Below are positions 36,853 to 47,381 of a DNA stretch of 64,000 nucleotides, piece after piece. The DNA lies in sequence record PV660463; one strand, 5' to 3'. Origin of the DNA: Escherichia phage LF82-41. The position numbers and the translations under genes were made by a program. Positions within the stretch are counted from its first letter, which is position 1. Each line of letters opens with the position of its first letter. The notes beneath the pieces are model-generated. The model was not told the DNA's origin, did no database searches, and was given only the letters and a program-made list of their open reading frames with translations.

Positions 36853-37484
36853 TGCTCGCCTCGTAACATGGCACCTAGTGCACCGCCTGGATGGAACTTA
36901 AGGAAATCATTAGAGGTAAATCCACGTTCAGATGAAAGGTTGATAGCGAACGTATCGATAAGCGCTAACAACAATGTAGTAGACATCGTCGGAGCTAAAG
37001 AGTTCTCGTCAACTTCTACCGCGATACCGGTACAGAACGTATAATCAAAAAGAGCTTCGTATTCTTGTGGAATGTCAGGGTTACAATGTAACAGAATCTG
37101 TTTAACCTGAGGACGAATCATACGAAGATGTTTAGCAACACCTATCATTTCTTCAGTCTTACCGGAACGACTGATGTGAACTAATACATCATTAGGTGCA
37201 ATAAATCCTGCGTCACCATGAGAATAATGCCCAGTGTTCAAATACATGCTAGGAATACCTAGTGAAGCAAATGTCTCAGAAGCTTTAGTTGCAATATTAG
37301 CATTCTTACCAACACCTGTAATAATTACTCGGCTTTCATAATTACTCAGTCCAGGGCGTCGAAGAGTTTCTAGAATAGCATTATAACGAGCAGGGTTTTG
37401 ACTAATTACTTTGGCCATAGCGGCCAAAGAAGAAGCTTGTTTTATGATTGCGTCAATAGCGATAGTAATAGGAGTAGTTTTCAT
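36849..37484 (-). CDS. SIS-domain sugar-phosphate isomerase (arabinose-5-phosphate isomerase-like)
   Basis: 211 aa; SIS features; C-terminal FHPGGALG resembles KdsD/KpsF-type API motif. Confidence 0.6.
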   Translation of the reverse strand: MKTTPITIAIDAIIKQASSLAAMAKVISQNPARYNAILETLRRPGLSNYESRVIITGVGKNANIATKASETFASLGIPSMYLNTGHYSHGDAGFIAPNDVLVHISRSGKTEEMIGVAKHLRMIRPQVKQILLHCNPDIPQEYEALFDYTFCTGIAVEVDENSLAPTMSTTLLLALIDTFAINLSSERGFTSNDFLKFHPGGALGAMLRGEQ

Positions 37485-37524
37485 ATTTCTCTCATTTAAT
37501 TAGTTTACCGTCCATGGCATTATA

Positions 37525-40236
37525 TCAAAAATCAAACATATCGAACAGAGATGCTTTCTTCTCGTAATCGAGTTTCGCTGCTGATGTGAATCCTTCAAGT
37601 GGTTTAATAAATGTCTTCTCAAGGAGAACAGTGTAGTCCATCCAATGAAGTACGTCGTCTTTAATTAAATCTGTGATTTCAGTACCAGAAGGCCATGCGA
37701 TACATTTATCACCGAACGGGTTTCCTTCACGTAAAGGCAGAACATATACTTTTTCACCTTCTACAACTTGTGGAGCATCAATATTACCTTTGATAGCTCG
37801 GTTATATGTCAGAATTCCACGAATATGGAACGGGCATTTGGGACCAGGGAATCCACCTACATCATATTTAGCAATGTTATTCGCAGAAGATACCGACGCG
37901 ATGCTAATATAATTCAATTGACGGAATTCTTTTTCAAACTCTTTAAAATATTCTTGTAATGATTCTTCACCTTCCTGAAGCATACGACGAATACATTCCT
38001 TAAGAGCTTTCTGTACTGCTTTAGGAGTCGAAGATTTCTGAGTCTCTAGACCCATGATTTTGAGTTTAGGCTCAGCGTAACGAGTACCTTCCATATCCCA
38101 CACGTTTAATGCATAACGTTTCTTACCAGTCCAGAATCCGCCAATACCTTTAGAACCAAGCGGAGGACCAGCGATAGCTTCTCGGTCCATGAACATTAAG
38201 TGTTGTTTATTGTTCATGTATTCACACATTTCACGGAAACCTTTATCAATAGCTGGTTCCATACGTTCACGTGCGAACTTATCTAAGAAGTCTACCCAAT
38301 GGTTGGTATCACGGAATTTAGATTCACCAACCTTATCGATAATTTTATCAGCAGATACGTAAATAGAGTCTGTATCACCATAAAGAACGAAAGCTTCACC
38401 TTCTGTACCACAAACTTCATTCAGATATTCATTAACTTTACGTTCAATCCACTGTAAAGCCATTTGACCAAATGTTGTGATTGCAGTAGCATTACGCAAA
38501 TCATAATAACGGAACCAAACGTTACCAAGTGCACCATAAAGCGAGTTGATGAGCAATTTACGGTTAATTTGTGCAGTCATACCTGCAACTTCAGTACGTT
38601 GAGCTCTAAACAACATTTCATTAAGAGATTTAGCAGACAACTTTTTAATCTTTTCTTTAATCTCATCGCTGAAGTCGAAACGATAATCAACATCTAATGG
38701 TTCGTCAACAGAAAGATTAGGATTATGCAATGCCTCTTTAATTATTTCACCATTACGTTGAGCTGCAAGCATGTAACCTTTATGTTCTTTACGTTGATTA
38801 AAGACCTTAGTGATTTCAGTTGGAACTACACCATCACGGTCTTTATAATACATCATGCCGTTAGGAGAGCAACTGTACACATCTGAAGGACGTTCAGCGA
38901 TTGCGTTAATATAATCATGCAGTGGAGCTACTTTAAACGTTCCTGCTATTGTTTCCGGGCTAATATTCACTTGGCGAATAATACTTGGATACAGGGATGT
39001 AAGGTCGAAACTCATTACATATTTGTATCGATTTGGAATAGGTTCCTTAACAAAAGCACCTGGATAAGGTTGAACCGGGTGAGAACGACCTTGTGGAATC
39101 ACCTTGCTCTGCTCTTTAAGGCTATTAAAAATAATAGCATCCCATGTTTTAATTGGGCTAAACACAGATTGAATCTGTATCTTAGCATAATAACCCATGT
39201 CCAAACTCAAGTTGATGAACTGACGCTTAGCATCAATTTGCAATACACGATACACGTCGATAATGTTATAAGAAATATACCGTTGGTGATTGCTTTCACG
39301 AAGCTTAGAAATAGGGCCGTCATATTTCAGTTTACCAACATTCAATTCAAATTCTGAAATGTAATCCAGAGAATACGACGGTTGATTGGTAAAAGAGAAT
39401 TTTTTGTAAAGGTCAATGTAATCAAGAACAGAGATACCGAACATTGTAATGATTTCACGAGAACCATACATGTTTTCGATAACTTTAACACGAGTTTTAC
39501 GATGTGGTGATAAACGTTTCGCAGTAGATTCGCCAAAAATATTCTTGATTCGGTTATACACATATGGAATATCAAATGACTCAACGTTCCATCCAGTCAA
39601 AATGACAGGAGTTTTCTGTTGCCAGAAGTTGAGATATTCCATCAACAATTCTTTTTCGTTATCGAACGGCATATAAATGATTTTATCGATAATTTCAGAT
39701 GGAACTTCATCACCGCCTTGTTCTTGAAGCTTAGCCGCAATTTCGATAGACCATTCTTCTACATTACCATACGGAGAATTCAATAGATCAAATACGTAGA
39801 ACCTGTCGTCAATTGAGTCATAATGGGTGATAGCATCAATCGGATGTTTTGCTTGTGACGGCTCAGGGAACCCATCCGGAGATGTTACTTCGATGTCGAA
39901 GTTAGCCACACGAATTTTTGTATGGTCGTATTTGATTTCATAGTTATAAGTGTCAGACAAATACGCCAATTTGAAATCGTCCATGCCAAGTGCTTCAAGT
40001 CCGATATCTTCCATGCGTTTAATCCATTGGGAGGCATCACGCATATTAGCGAACAACTTACGAGTACACGGTTTACCGTAGATATCGAAATATTTCGTAG
40101 CCTGACTTTCTGGACAATGAGCAAACAGTGATGGTTTATATTCTACTTCACGAGTACGTTCACGGCCATTAGAATCGATGTAACGTTCAAAAATTGAATC
40201 ACCAATCTGTTCAACCGTTAAGTAAAATTCTTTCAT
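37525..40236 (-). CDS. 43: DNA polymerase (family B)
   Basis: 903 aa; exo motifs (FDIE), pol motifs (SLYPS, YGDTDS); T4 gp43 size and synteny. Confidence 0.95.
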   Translation of the reverse strand: MKEFYLTVEQIGDSIFERYIDSNGRERTREVEYKPSLFAHCPESQATKYFDIYGKPCTRKLFANMRDASQWIKRMEDIGLEALGMDDFKLAYLSDTYNYEIKYDHTKIRVANFDIEVTSPDGFPEPSQAKHPIDAITHYDSIDDRFYVFDLLNSPYGNVEEWSIEIAAKLQEQGGDEVPSEIIDKIIYMPFDNEKELLMEYLNFWQQKTPVILTGWNVESFDIPYVYNRIKNIFGESTAKRLSPHRKTRVKVIENMYGSREIITMFGISVLDYIDLYKKFSFTNQPSYSLDYISEFELNVGKLKYDGPISKLRESNHQRYISYNIIDVYRVLQIDAKRQFINLSLDMGYYAKIQIQSVFSPIKTWDAIIFNSLKEQSKVIPQGRSHPVQPYPGAFVKEPIPNRYKYVMSFDLTSLYPSIIRQVNISPETIAGTFKVAPLHDYINAIAERPSDVYSCSPNGMMYYKDRDGVVPTEITKVFNQRKEHKGYMLAAQRNGEIIKEALHNPNLSVDEPLDVDYRFDFSDEIKEKIKKLSAKSLNEMLFRAQRTEVAGMTAQINRKLLINSLYGALGNVWFRYYDLRNATAITTFGQMALQWIERKVNEYLNEVCGTEGEAFVLYGDTDSIYVSADKIIDKVGESKFRDTNHWVDFLDKFARERMEPAIDKGFREMCEYMNNKQHLMFMDREAIAGPPLGSKGIGGFWTGKKRYALNVWDMEGTRYAEPKLKIMGLETQKSSTPKAVQKALKECIRRMLQEGEESLQEYFKEFEKEFRQLNYISIASVSSANNIAKYDVGGFPGPKCPFHIRGILTYNRAIKGNIDAPQVVEGEKVYVLPLREGNPFGDKCIAWPSGTEITDLIKDDVLHWMDYTVLLEKTFIKPLEGFTSAAKLDYEKKASLFDMFDF

Positions 40237-40294
40237 TTAATTTCCTTTAGACGAGTTATTGTCTTTTGTTTGTTGATGAAATTATTATACTCCA

Positions 40295-40314
40295 AATGGG
40301 ACCGAAGTCCCATT
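40295..40314 (-). terminator. stem-loop after regA
   Basis: AATGGGAC-cgaa-GTCCCATT hairpin. Confidence 0.35.
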
Positions 40315-40317
40315 GCT

Positions 40318-40695
40318 TTAATTACCAATTGTATATTTTGCTTTCAAAGTCCAGTCATCTTTCTGTTTAAAAGAGATAACACGGAAGTTATTAGTCAGGC
40401 CAAACAGATCTTCACGAGCAGAGTCTTCAATAACAATTAATCCCCAGTCTTCAAGCAACTGAGCAATCGAATCACGTCGCTGATAGTCTTCACCATCGAT
40501 ATCAACTTGTCGCCCGTCCATACGCAGCATTTCTTTAAAGTGGACGATGTAATATTTACCTTGCTTTTGGAGGATATGACAGGACTGATAAAGAACTTTA
40601 TCCTTGTTATTAGCGATGCCCATACGGGTCAAAGTCTCTTTGACTTTCAGAAAATCTTCAGGGTTCTTCAATTTAATTTCAATCATTTTTACCAT
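40318..40695 (-). CDS. regA: translational repressor RegA
   Basis: [40 protein letters not shown] matches remembered T4 RegA. Confidence 0.85.
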   Translation of the reverse strand: MVKMIEIKLKNPEDFLKVKETLTRMGIANNKDKVLYQSCHILQKQGKYYIVHFKEMLRMDGRQVDIDGEDYQRRDSIAQLLEDWGLIVIEDSAREDLFGLTNNFRVISFKQKDDWTLKAKYTIGN

Positions 40696-41252
40696 TCCAA
40701 TGCTAATTTTTTAAATTGTTTTTGTTCTTTCACGTTTTTGGTAACTTCTTTGAGAAATTCATCAGTGACCATGGCCTTCAGTTCTTTAAGGACTATTGGC
40801 AACTTGTTATTTTTTTCAAGGAGCCGCTTATACTCGGTAGCATCGTTCATGTTGATTGTGTAATGTTTCATCAACAGTTTGATAACTAGTAACTCTGAAG
40901 TGTCTTCTACTAGTTTAGCCCATTTAGAGAATCGACGACCACGCGGAATTGCCGCCATCATATAGTTGAAGTGTGCTTCATCACTTAATTCAGAACCGAC
41001 TAAGTTCATCATGTAAACAGCTGGCATACATTCTGGGAACTGGGATAATGAGTTCTCAACCATAAATTTTGAGTAGTCGACCTGAGCAATTGACATCGAT
41101 TTCTTTTCATTAATAGCATTAATGATTTTAAAGAATTCATTCTCAGGTTTTTCTTTAAACATATCAGCACATTTTTGAATCGCATCAGCGTCATTAGACT
41201 TCCATGCAATTTGGTGCTCGTTAAGCTGGACGTCATCATCAAATAAGTTCAT
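40689..41252 (-). CDS. 62: clamp loader small subunit
   Basis: 187 aa; synteny regA-62-44-45. Confidence 0.8.
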   Translation of the reverse strand: MNLFDDDVQLNEHQIAWKSNDADAIQKCADMFKEKPENEFFKIINAINEKKSMSIAQVDYSKFMVENSLSQFPECMPAVYMMNLVGSELSDEAHFNYMMAAIPRGRRFSKWAKLVEDTSELLVIKLLMKHYTINMNDATEYKRLLEKNNKLPIVLKELKAMVTDEFLKEVTKNVKEQKQFKKLALEW

Positions 41253-41253
41253 A

Positions 41254-42216
41254 TTATTTCCAAGTCAGTTCACAGGTCAGTTGAAGAAGCATATACATAA
41301 CATGTAATTCAATATTACTTGCTAATCCGTGAAACTTATTATTTTCGCCTGCAATTTCATAAAGCGAAATAATACTTTTACCAGGTGCAACTTGGTCATA
41401 ACATTCTGAAACTAATTTATCGATGAACCATGAATAATCTGCGGCATATTTTGGAGCTAATGCACGAAGCTGTTTTATATCTTTGTTCTTCATTGCTTCG
41501 ATAACATCAGAGACTGTGCCACGGTCATTAGTTACGATAGACAAAATACCAGCATCAAGAACACCTTTAGACGAGTACTGGTCTAATTGACCAATTGTAC
41601 GACGAAAGTCCGGGAAGTTCTTTTTAACCAGAGCTGCAACAACTTTCATATCAGCGATTTCGATATTTTCGTTCTTACAGATTTCAACCATACGATGAAT
41701 CATTTTCTTCATCATCGAGATTTTATCTTCTTCGGTTGGACGTCCGAATTCGATAACTCGACAACGGCTACGTAATGGTTCAATAATTCCATCAATATTG
41801 TTAGCAGTGATAATAATAGAGCAGTTACTAGAGAATTCTTCCATGAATGTACGAAGGTGACGTTGTGATTCGGCGAGACCACTACGGTCGAATTCATCAA
41901 TAACAATAACTTTAGGCTTGCCTTCCATTGAGACTGAACGAGCGAATGCAGTTAACGGACCACGCACAAAATCAATCTTACAATCAGAGCCGTTGACGAA
42001 CATCATTTCGGCATTGATATCATTACATAATGCTTTTGCTACGGTTGTTTTACCTGTACCAGGAGAAGGAGAGTGCAAAATAATATGAGGAAGTTTTCCT
42101 TTAGATACTAAAGACTTGAATGTTTCATGGTCATACGCAGGCAGAATACATTCGTCAATGGAAGAAGGACGATATTTCTGTTCTAGAATGTGTTCTTTGG
42201 AATTGATAGTAATCAT
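41254..42216 (-). CDS. 44: clamp loader large subunit (AAA+)
   Basis: 320 aa; Walker [11 protein letters not shown]; synteny. Confidence 0.9.
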   Translation of the reverse strand: MITINSKEHILEQKYRPSSIDECILPAYDHETFKSLVSKGKLPHIILHSPSPGTGKTTVAKALCNDINAEMMFVNGSDCKIDFVRGPLTAFARSVSMEGKPKVIVIDEFDRSGLAESQRHLRTFMEEFSSNCSIIITANNIDGIIEPLRSRCRVIEFGRPTEEDKISMMKKMIHRMVEICKNENIEIADMKVVAALVKKNFPDFRRTIGQLDQYSSKGVLDAGILSIVTNDRGTVSDVIEAMKNKDIKQLRALAPKYAADYSWFIDKLVSECYDQVAPGKSIISLYEIAGENNKFHGLASNIELHVMYMLLQLTCELTWK

Positions 42217-42291
42217 GTAATTTTCCTCATTATCATTAATCTGGAGGATTTCTCCTCCATAATCGTACTACATTAAACGTAAAGCTTTGAC

Positions 42292-42978
42292 TTAGAAGTC
42301 GTGAGTAGAATCGGCTTCCATTGCAATAACGTAACTTACTTGAGAGCTTTCAAACTTAGCTGCAACTTTATCACCAGCTCCCCACAACATTACTTTATAG
42401 TTACCTGGCTGGATTTTCATATTAGCCATATTGATTACGAAGTTAAAGTTATTAGAACCATCATAATCGGTAAGAGTCAAAGAATACTTAGGACGAGTCA
42501 AGCCAGAATCTTCAACTTTATTGTAACCATTGATAACAATTTTACCATCTTTATTTGTAATAGCAATTGTATCAATCTGGAGACCACGTGAAACTCGAAG
42601 CAATTGTTGAAGGTCTTCAGCTTTAATTTCAGTAATCACAGAAGCCACCGGGAATTGAATTGGCTTATTAGGAAAAACAATGGTGCTCTTGTCGGCAGCA
42701 GGCCAATAAACTGTGGAACGTGTATCTGCAATTTTAATATTGCCATCAGTGTGCATTGAAATTTCAGCATCGTCAGACACTAGACTCAAAATGCTTAAGA
42801 AGCTATTCAAATCATAAAGTGCTACGTCAAAATCAATTTCATCAGAGATATTTGCTTCCGCGTAAGTGGTGCCATTAACTGCACGGGTCATAATAAATTT
42901 ACCTTGACTCAGCAGAATACCGGAGTTAATAGAGGCAAAGTTTTTCAGAATAGCGATAGTATCTTTAGACAGTTTCAT
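42292..42978 (-). CDS. 45: sliding clamp
   Basis: MKLSKDTIAILKNFASINSGILL matches remembered T4 gp45 N-terminus; start at Met-6 of track ORF. Confidence 0.9.
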   Translation of the reverse strand: MKLSKDTIAILKNFASINSGILLSQGKFIMTRAVNGTTYAEANISDEIDFDVALYDLNSFLSILSLVSDDAEISMHTDGNIKIADTRSTVYWPAADKSTIVFPNKPIQFPVASVITEIKAEDLQQLLRVSRGLQIDTIAITNKDGKIVINGYNKVEDSGLTRPKYSLTLTDYDGSNNFNFVINMANMKIQPGNYKVMLWGAGDKVAAKFESSQVSYVIAMEADSTHDF

Positions 42979-43020
42979 TTTATTTCCTTTCAAGACAATT
43001 CAAAGTTTATAACAAATTTA

Positions 43021-43437
43021 TTATGCAGCAACCATCTGCTTTTTAATAGCTTCAGGCAGTGATTCAATATATTCTGGAATTTTAGAAGCAACAATTTCGC
43101 CAGCTGCAATTAGTTGTTCGTCGGCATCAACACAATAGAAATCTTCCAGGCGCTCAGAACCATCTTTATCAAGAACGATTTTTCCACCAGCTTCAATAGA
43201 ATCTTTATAGTGCTTACGCATCAGATGAATCCACATATCAGATACATCATTATCAATAAAACCATAAATCATAAAACGAGTTTCTTGCGGCAAAGATTGA
43301 AGCTTTTTAGCACTTGCGTCATCACAATGCAGGACCCATGCTTTACGAACACGATTATGGTTATGTGGGTTAGCGTCAGTACGGATAGAAGTAACTTTCA
43401 GATCAGCAGCAGTGAAACCTTTAGCAGTAGTAAACAT
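43021..43437 (-). CDS. RpbA-like (position-based) protein (138 aa)
   Basis: Between 45 and 46 as T4 rpbA. Confidence 0.4.
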   Translation of the reverse strand: MFTTAKGFTAADLKVTSIRTDANPHNHNRVRKAWVLHCDDASAKKLQSLPQETRFMIYGFIDNDVSDMWIHLMRKHYKDSIEAGGKIVLDKDGSERLEDFYCVDADEQLIAAGEIVASKIPEYIESLPEAIKKQMVAA

Positions 43438-43449
43438 ATTATTTCTCTC

Positions 43450-43650
43450 TTATTCGTAGAAGTCGGTAACTGTCCATGCGGAATTGCGATTAGACATTAT
43501 TTTATTATACTCATCTTTAAAAGCAGATTTGAGCATTTGTTCAGTAACAATATGTTCTTCACCTGAAAATGTATTGGTCAAAACATATTTTTTAATTTCA
43601 GGGACAACGAGAAGATGTTGTCCGGTTGAATACTCCATGTTGTTCTCCAT
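43450..43650 (-). CDS. hypothetical protein (66 aa)
   Basis: ORF track. Confidence 0.45.
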   Translation of the reverse strand: MENNMEYSTGQHLLVVPEIKKYVLTNTFSGEEHIVTEQMLKSAFKDEYNKIMSNRNSAWTVTDFYE

Positions 43651-43692
43651 TTAATTTGATGTGGTCATTATAACCACATCGTGTTAAAGCGT

Positions 43693-45381
43693 TTATGAAA
43701 CAGTCATTACCGTAAATCGTCCAACTTTGCTCATCTGAAGATGTTGTCCATAAGCTTGTGGGTCATGGTCTCTGTGACTAATTATAAACACGTTTGCATC
43801 GGTTAGAGAGTTAAGAATTGTTGAAATAGCTTTAATACCTTCAGAATCAGTCGCGGAATCCATGACTTCGTCCATAATTAATGTATTGATTCTAACACCA
43901 GAGACCTTTTCAGCAATATCTCGCCATGTAAACAACAATGCGATATCGATACGTGCCTTTTCACCTTGACTAAATGAAGCATAACTAAAATCTTCACGAC
44001 CACGTGATTTTATAGATTCATTGAATTCTTCATCAATAGAAAACACGTAATCGGCTTCCATGATTTTAAGATAATGGTTAATCTGCTTGTTGAACAGAGG
44101 CACATATTTTTTAATGATAGCACCTTTAATACCAGAATCTTTTAACATATCTGTGATAATACCACGATGGTATTTTTCAAGAACGATATCTGATTTTGTT
44201 TTAATGATTTTATCAAGTTCTTTTTGAAGCAAAGCTATCTCATCGGCATGGTCGATAAATTCCGCCGAGGCTTGCTCTATTGCAGCTTTAACTTTCTTAG
44301 CTTTATCAATAGTGGCAATCATTGCTTGTTTCTTGGTACGGATATCGGATGCAAGGTCCTGTTTAGTCTTAACATTAGCTCGATATTCGTCCACTAGGAC
44401 ACTCAGATTATCTCTGTGGCAGGTAAGTTGCTCGAATGAGTGATTACATTCATGAAGCTTATCGGTAATCTTAGAGACAATAGGGTCACCCTGGTGCAAC
44501 TGTGATGCGCAAGTAGGACATGTACCGCCATCATGATACATCTTAATAACTTTGTTATATGAGTCAATTTTAGATTTAATCAAGAATGCCTCTTGTCCGA
44601 TCTTGTTGAATGCCTCAGTAGGGTCTTCGTCAAGAACGATATTAAGTAGACGCTCGTTAGCTTCTTCAATTTCTGCTTTTAATGAACGAGCTTCTTTGGC
44701 TAGGTCGTCATACATATTCTGTAGACGCGCTACATTATCGCCAGATAATTTCTTTTGACGTTCGATATTCTCGTTATAAATCTTAATTTGTTGGATAATA
44801 CCATCTTTCTTGGCATCGAGAACTTGTCCCTGGGAATTAAGTTCTCGAACTTGAGACTTATTGATTTTATCCATTTCAGCTAGTGTTCCAACTTCTAATA
44901 AGTCTTCAACAAGCTTTCTGCGAGCAGGGGTGCTAAGAGCCATGAAAGGGGTATACCCTGCCGTCCCAAGCACAACGATCTGTTTAAAAGACGCGTATGA
45001 CATTCCGATGCTACGTTCAAATTCTTCTTGGAAGTCACGACTGCTGGCAGATTCATCAAGACGAACACCGTCAACGGAGATTTCGAAAATATTGGGCTTT
45101 TGGCCTCGTTTAATGAAGTATTTTTTATCATCGAATTCCATCCAAAGCTCAACTAAGAGCTCTTTCTTGTTCGTGCTATTAATGATTTGTCCTTTCTTAA
45201 CATCACGAAATGGTTTACCGAAAAGTCCGAAAGTAATGGCTTCTAACATCGTAGATTTACCACCACCATTTTTACCAGTGATTAATGTCTTTTGGACTTT
45301 ATCTAATTGGATATCAATAGGATTCCCACCTACCGACATGATGTTTTGATAACGAACACGATTTAATTTAAATGATTTCAT
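43693..45381 (-). CDS. 46: recombination endonuclease subunit (Rad50/SbcC-like ATPase)
   Basis: 562 aa; Walker A GKNGGGKST, coiled coil with CPTC zinc hook, C-terminal signature region. Confidence 0.9.
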   Translation of the reverse strand: MKSFKLNRVRYQNIMSVGGNPIDIQLDKVQKTLITGKNGGGKSTMLEAITFGLFGKPFRDVKKGQIINSTNKKELLVELWMEFDDKKYFIKRGQKPNIFEISVDGVRLDESASSRDFQEEFERSIGMSYASFKQIVVLGTAGYTPFMALSTPARRKLVEDLLEVGTLAEMDKINKSQVRELNSQGQVLDAKKDGIIQQIKIYNENIERQKKLSGDNVARLQNMYDDLAKEARSLKAEIEEANERLLNIVLDEDPTEAFNKIGQEAFLIKSKIDSYNKVIKMYHDGGTCPTCASQLHQGDPIVSKITDKLHECNHSFEQLTCHRDNLSVLVDEYRANVKTKQDLASDIRTKKQAMIATIDKAKKVKAAIEQASAEFIDHADEIALLQKELDKIIKTKSDIVLEKYHRGIITDMLKDSGIKGAIIKKYVPLFNKQINHYLKIMEADYVFSIDEEFNESIKSRGREDFSYASFSQGEKARIDIALLFTWRDIAEKVSGVRINTLIMDEVMDSATDSEGIKAISTILNSLTDANVFIISHRDHDPQAYGQHLQMSKVGRFTVMTVS

Positions 45382-45632
45382 ATGTATTCTCTTCGAATGA
45401 AGTCCTCTACATATTTTAACATGTCATCCCTATCAGCAAAATATTCATCTAGTTCTGCATACATAACAACACCTGGTGCGTACTCACAGGTAACATACAT
45501 TGTTCCAAAGAAACGAGGAGTTGATTCCTCGTAATTCTCAGTCCATTCAACGATACCAATATAACCGTCACCAATACTAAATTCGTGACGATGGATTTCA
45601 TAGTCAGTCTTCGTCATTATACGCATCCTCAA
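45378..45632 (-). CDS. hypothetical protein (84 aa)
   Basis: ORF track; T4 46.1 position. Confidence 0.45.
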   Translation of the reverse strand: MRMRIMTKTDYEIHRHEFSIGDGYIGIVEWTENYEESTPRFFGTMYVTCEYAPGVVMYAELDEYFADRDDMLKYVEDFIRREYI

Positions 45633-45861
45633 TACACGCTTCAGCCATTTTAAGAATAGAGCCAGGAGTATCGTTGTCCATTATATTAAAGCTAAATTCA
45701 ATAGCCCAGTCGGTACAGACATGAACGGCTTTAACTTCATTGCCTTCAACGCGTAATGGCTCAATCCAATACTTGATAGTGTTCTCGAATCCATCATCAT
45801 CTTTAACGTCTATTTCAACTTCAAGCCCAAGCCCAGCATTGTTAAATTCATCTAAAGTCAT
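45604..45861 (-). CDS. hypothetical protein (85 aa)
   Basis: ORF track; T4 46.2 position. Confidence 0.45.
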   Translation of the reverse strand: MTLDEFNNAGLGLEVEIDVKDDDGFENTIKYWIEPLRVEGNEVKAVHVCTDWAIEFSFNIMDNDTPGSILKMAEACIEDAYNDED

Positions 45862-46877
45862 TGTGTTGCCTCAATATAAAGTTCGTTGGAATATTTGACC
45901 AGCGCTTCTCTGTCTTCGTCTGAGATATCTGGAATCGCGTCAATATATTCTTTAATGATATCTTGAAGTGATTTAATCTCGATTTCCTGGTCGTCATCAG
46001 ATTCAACACTGTTATCAACTTTAGAAACCATACGAAGAGAGTGAACTACTTTTTCAAGTTCAGATTCAAACTTAGTCAACTCTGAATCAATTTCTGATAC
46101 TATAACACGTACGGCTAGATTAGTATAATCAGAATAATTGATTTTGCCTTTAAATGGATAAGTGATTCGTCGATGCCATGTCGTTTCATTAGGAATAAAT
46201 TCCATACGTTCAACATCAGTGTCAAATACCCAGAATCCACGTGGGTCGTTCTCGTCACCTGCAGTAAGGGTCCATGGTGTCCCAATATATTTGACGTTAG
46301 CAGCTTCAGAGATTGTGTGGAAGTGGCCGGACCAGACTTGTTTATAGGTCTTTAAGAAATCAGGTTCAAGCCCATGAGACTTCATTCCTTTATAGAAATA
46401 AAAGCCATTCAGTTCCCAGTGCCCAACACAATACGCAGCAGAAGAAGTCTTGATATGCTCTAAGATTTCACCTGTATTTTCTTCACACATCCATGGAACG
46501 ATATCAATCAGACATCCATCAAAATCTACAGTAGTTGGATGTTCGTAAATAGTAAAGTTTTCAAATTGAGTTAACAATTCAGAAACAGTGTTAGGTGTTA
46601 TTGTATTCTTAAACGCCATGTCATGGTTTCCTATCGTGACATGAACGTGAATGCCTGCTTTAGAAATCATATCAACGATTTCACGATTGAATTCCATTGT
46701 ACGATGTGTTATTGCTTTACGGACGTCGAACCAATCACCGTACTGAATCCAAGTTTTAATCCCGTGTTTCTTAGAGTATTCAATTGCTTGACGAATACCA
46801 TCACGTTGAATATCTTGAACCCATGGGTCATCTTGTTTGACTCCGATATGGAAGTCTCCTAAGTGCAAAATTTTCAT
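45858..46877 (-). CDS. 47: recombination endonuclease subunit (Mre11/SbcD-like)
   Basis: 339 aa; N-terminal LHLGDFHIG phosphoesterase motif; synteny. Confidence 0.9.
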   Translation of the reverse strand: MKILHLGDFHIGVKQDDPWVQDIQRDGIRQAIEYSKKHGIKTWIQYGDWFDVRKAITHRTMEFNREIVDMISKAGIHVHVTIGNHDMAFKNTITPNTVSELLTQFENFTIYEHPTTVDFDGCLIDIVPWMCEENTGEILEHIKTSSAAYCVGHWELNGFYFYKGMKSHGLEPDFLKTYKQVWSGHFHTISEAANVKYIGTPWTLTAGDENDPRGFWVFDTDVERMEFIPNETTWHRRITYPFKGKINYSDYTNLAVRVIVSEIDSELTKFESELEKVVHSLRMVSKVDNSVESDDDQEIEIKSLQDIIKEYIDAIPDISDEDREALVKYSNELYIEATQ

Positions 46878-46921
46878 ATTATTTCCTCATTAGTTAATTC
46901 ATTCTATCATCCGTTTATAAA

Positions 46922-46947
46922 GCAAAAAAGGAACTCCGAAGAGTTCC
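46922..46947 (-). terminator. rho-independent terminator
   Basis: GGAACTC-cgaa-GAGTTCC hairpin (46930-46947) followed by T-run on minus strand. Confidence 0.55.
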
Positions 46948-47120
46948 TATCCACATAGTACACCGTACAGAGGCTCATTTGGACTTTTAAATCGAATGGG
47001 CTTGTACGTAATAGTTCCTTCGGCTTTAGCTTTATCATAAGACTCTTTAAAACGTCTCATTCTTTCTGCTTTGCCTTTACGGATTTTATCGAAATTTTCA
47101 GAAGTCGGGATGTTCATCAT
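46947..47120 (-). CDS. small basic protein (57 aa)
   Basis: Manual translation MMNIPTSENFDKIRKGKAERMRRFKESYDKAKAEG...; below track cutoff. Confidence 0.35.
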   Translation of the reverse strand: MMNIPTSENFDKIRKGKAERMRRFKESYDKAKAEGTITYKPIRFKSPNEPLYGVLCG

Positions 47121-47159
47121 GCATAAGCACCTCTCGGAAAATGCCTAAATCGATTTCTC

Positions 47160-47381
47160 TCATCGTTTCCACCATTTCTTAACTTGAAATGAATCAACCC
47201 ACACGAGTTGTTTTGGGTCTGCCTTTACAATAGGCGGACAAATTTCTGTAATAGAACCGTCGTGATATTCCTTTTCAGAAATTTTAACACAAAGAGGACC
47301 ACCCAATTTAACGGTGAACCCTGCGTTCAGCTTCAGACGTTTAAACTTTGTTTGAACTAGCGCCATTAATGATGTCCTCAA
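47160..47381 (-). CDS. hypothetical protein (73 aa)
   Basis: ORF track. Confidence 0.45.
   Translation of the reverse strand: MRTSLMALVQTKFKRLKLNAGFTVKLGGPLCVKISEKEYHDGSITEICPPIVKADPKQLVWVDSFQVKKWWKR

Noticed and set aside
38917-39357. Plus-strand 146-aa ORF inside DNA polymerase gene
   Set aside because: Antisense to gene 43; no RBS; low-complexity composition
43114-43566. Plus-strand 150-aa ORF overlapping the rpbA-like gene
   Set aside because: Antisense shadow ORF; minus-strand genes are contiguous here
44861-45349. Plus-strand 162-aa ORF inside gene 46
   Set aside because: Antisense shadow ORF within the Rad50-like gene
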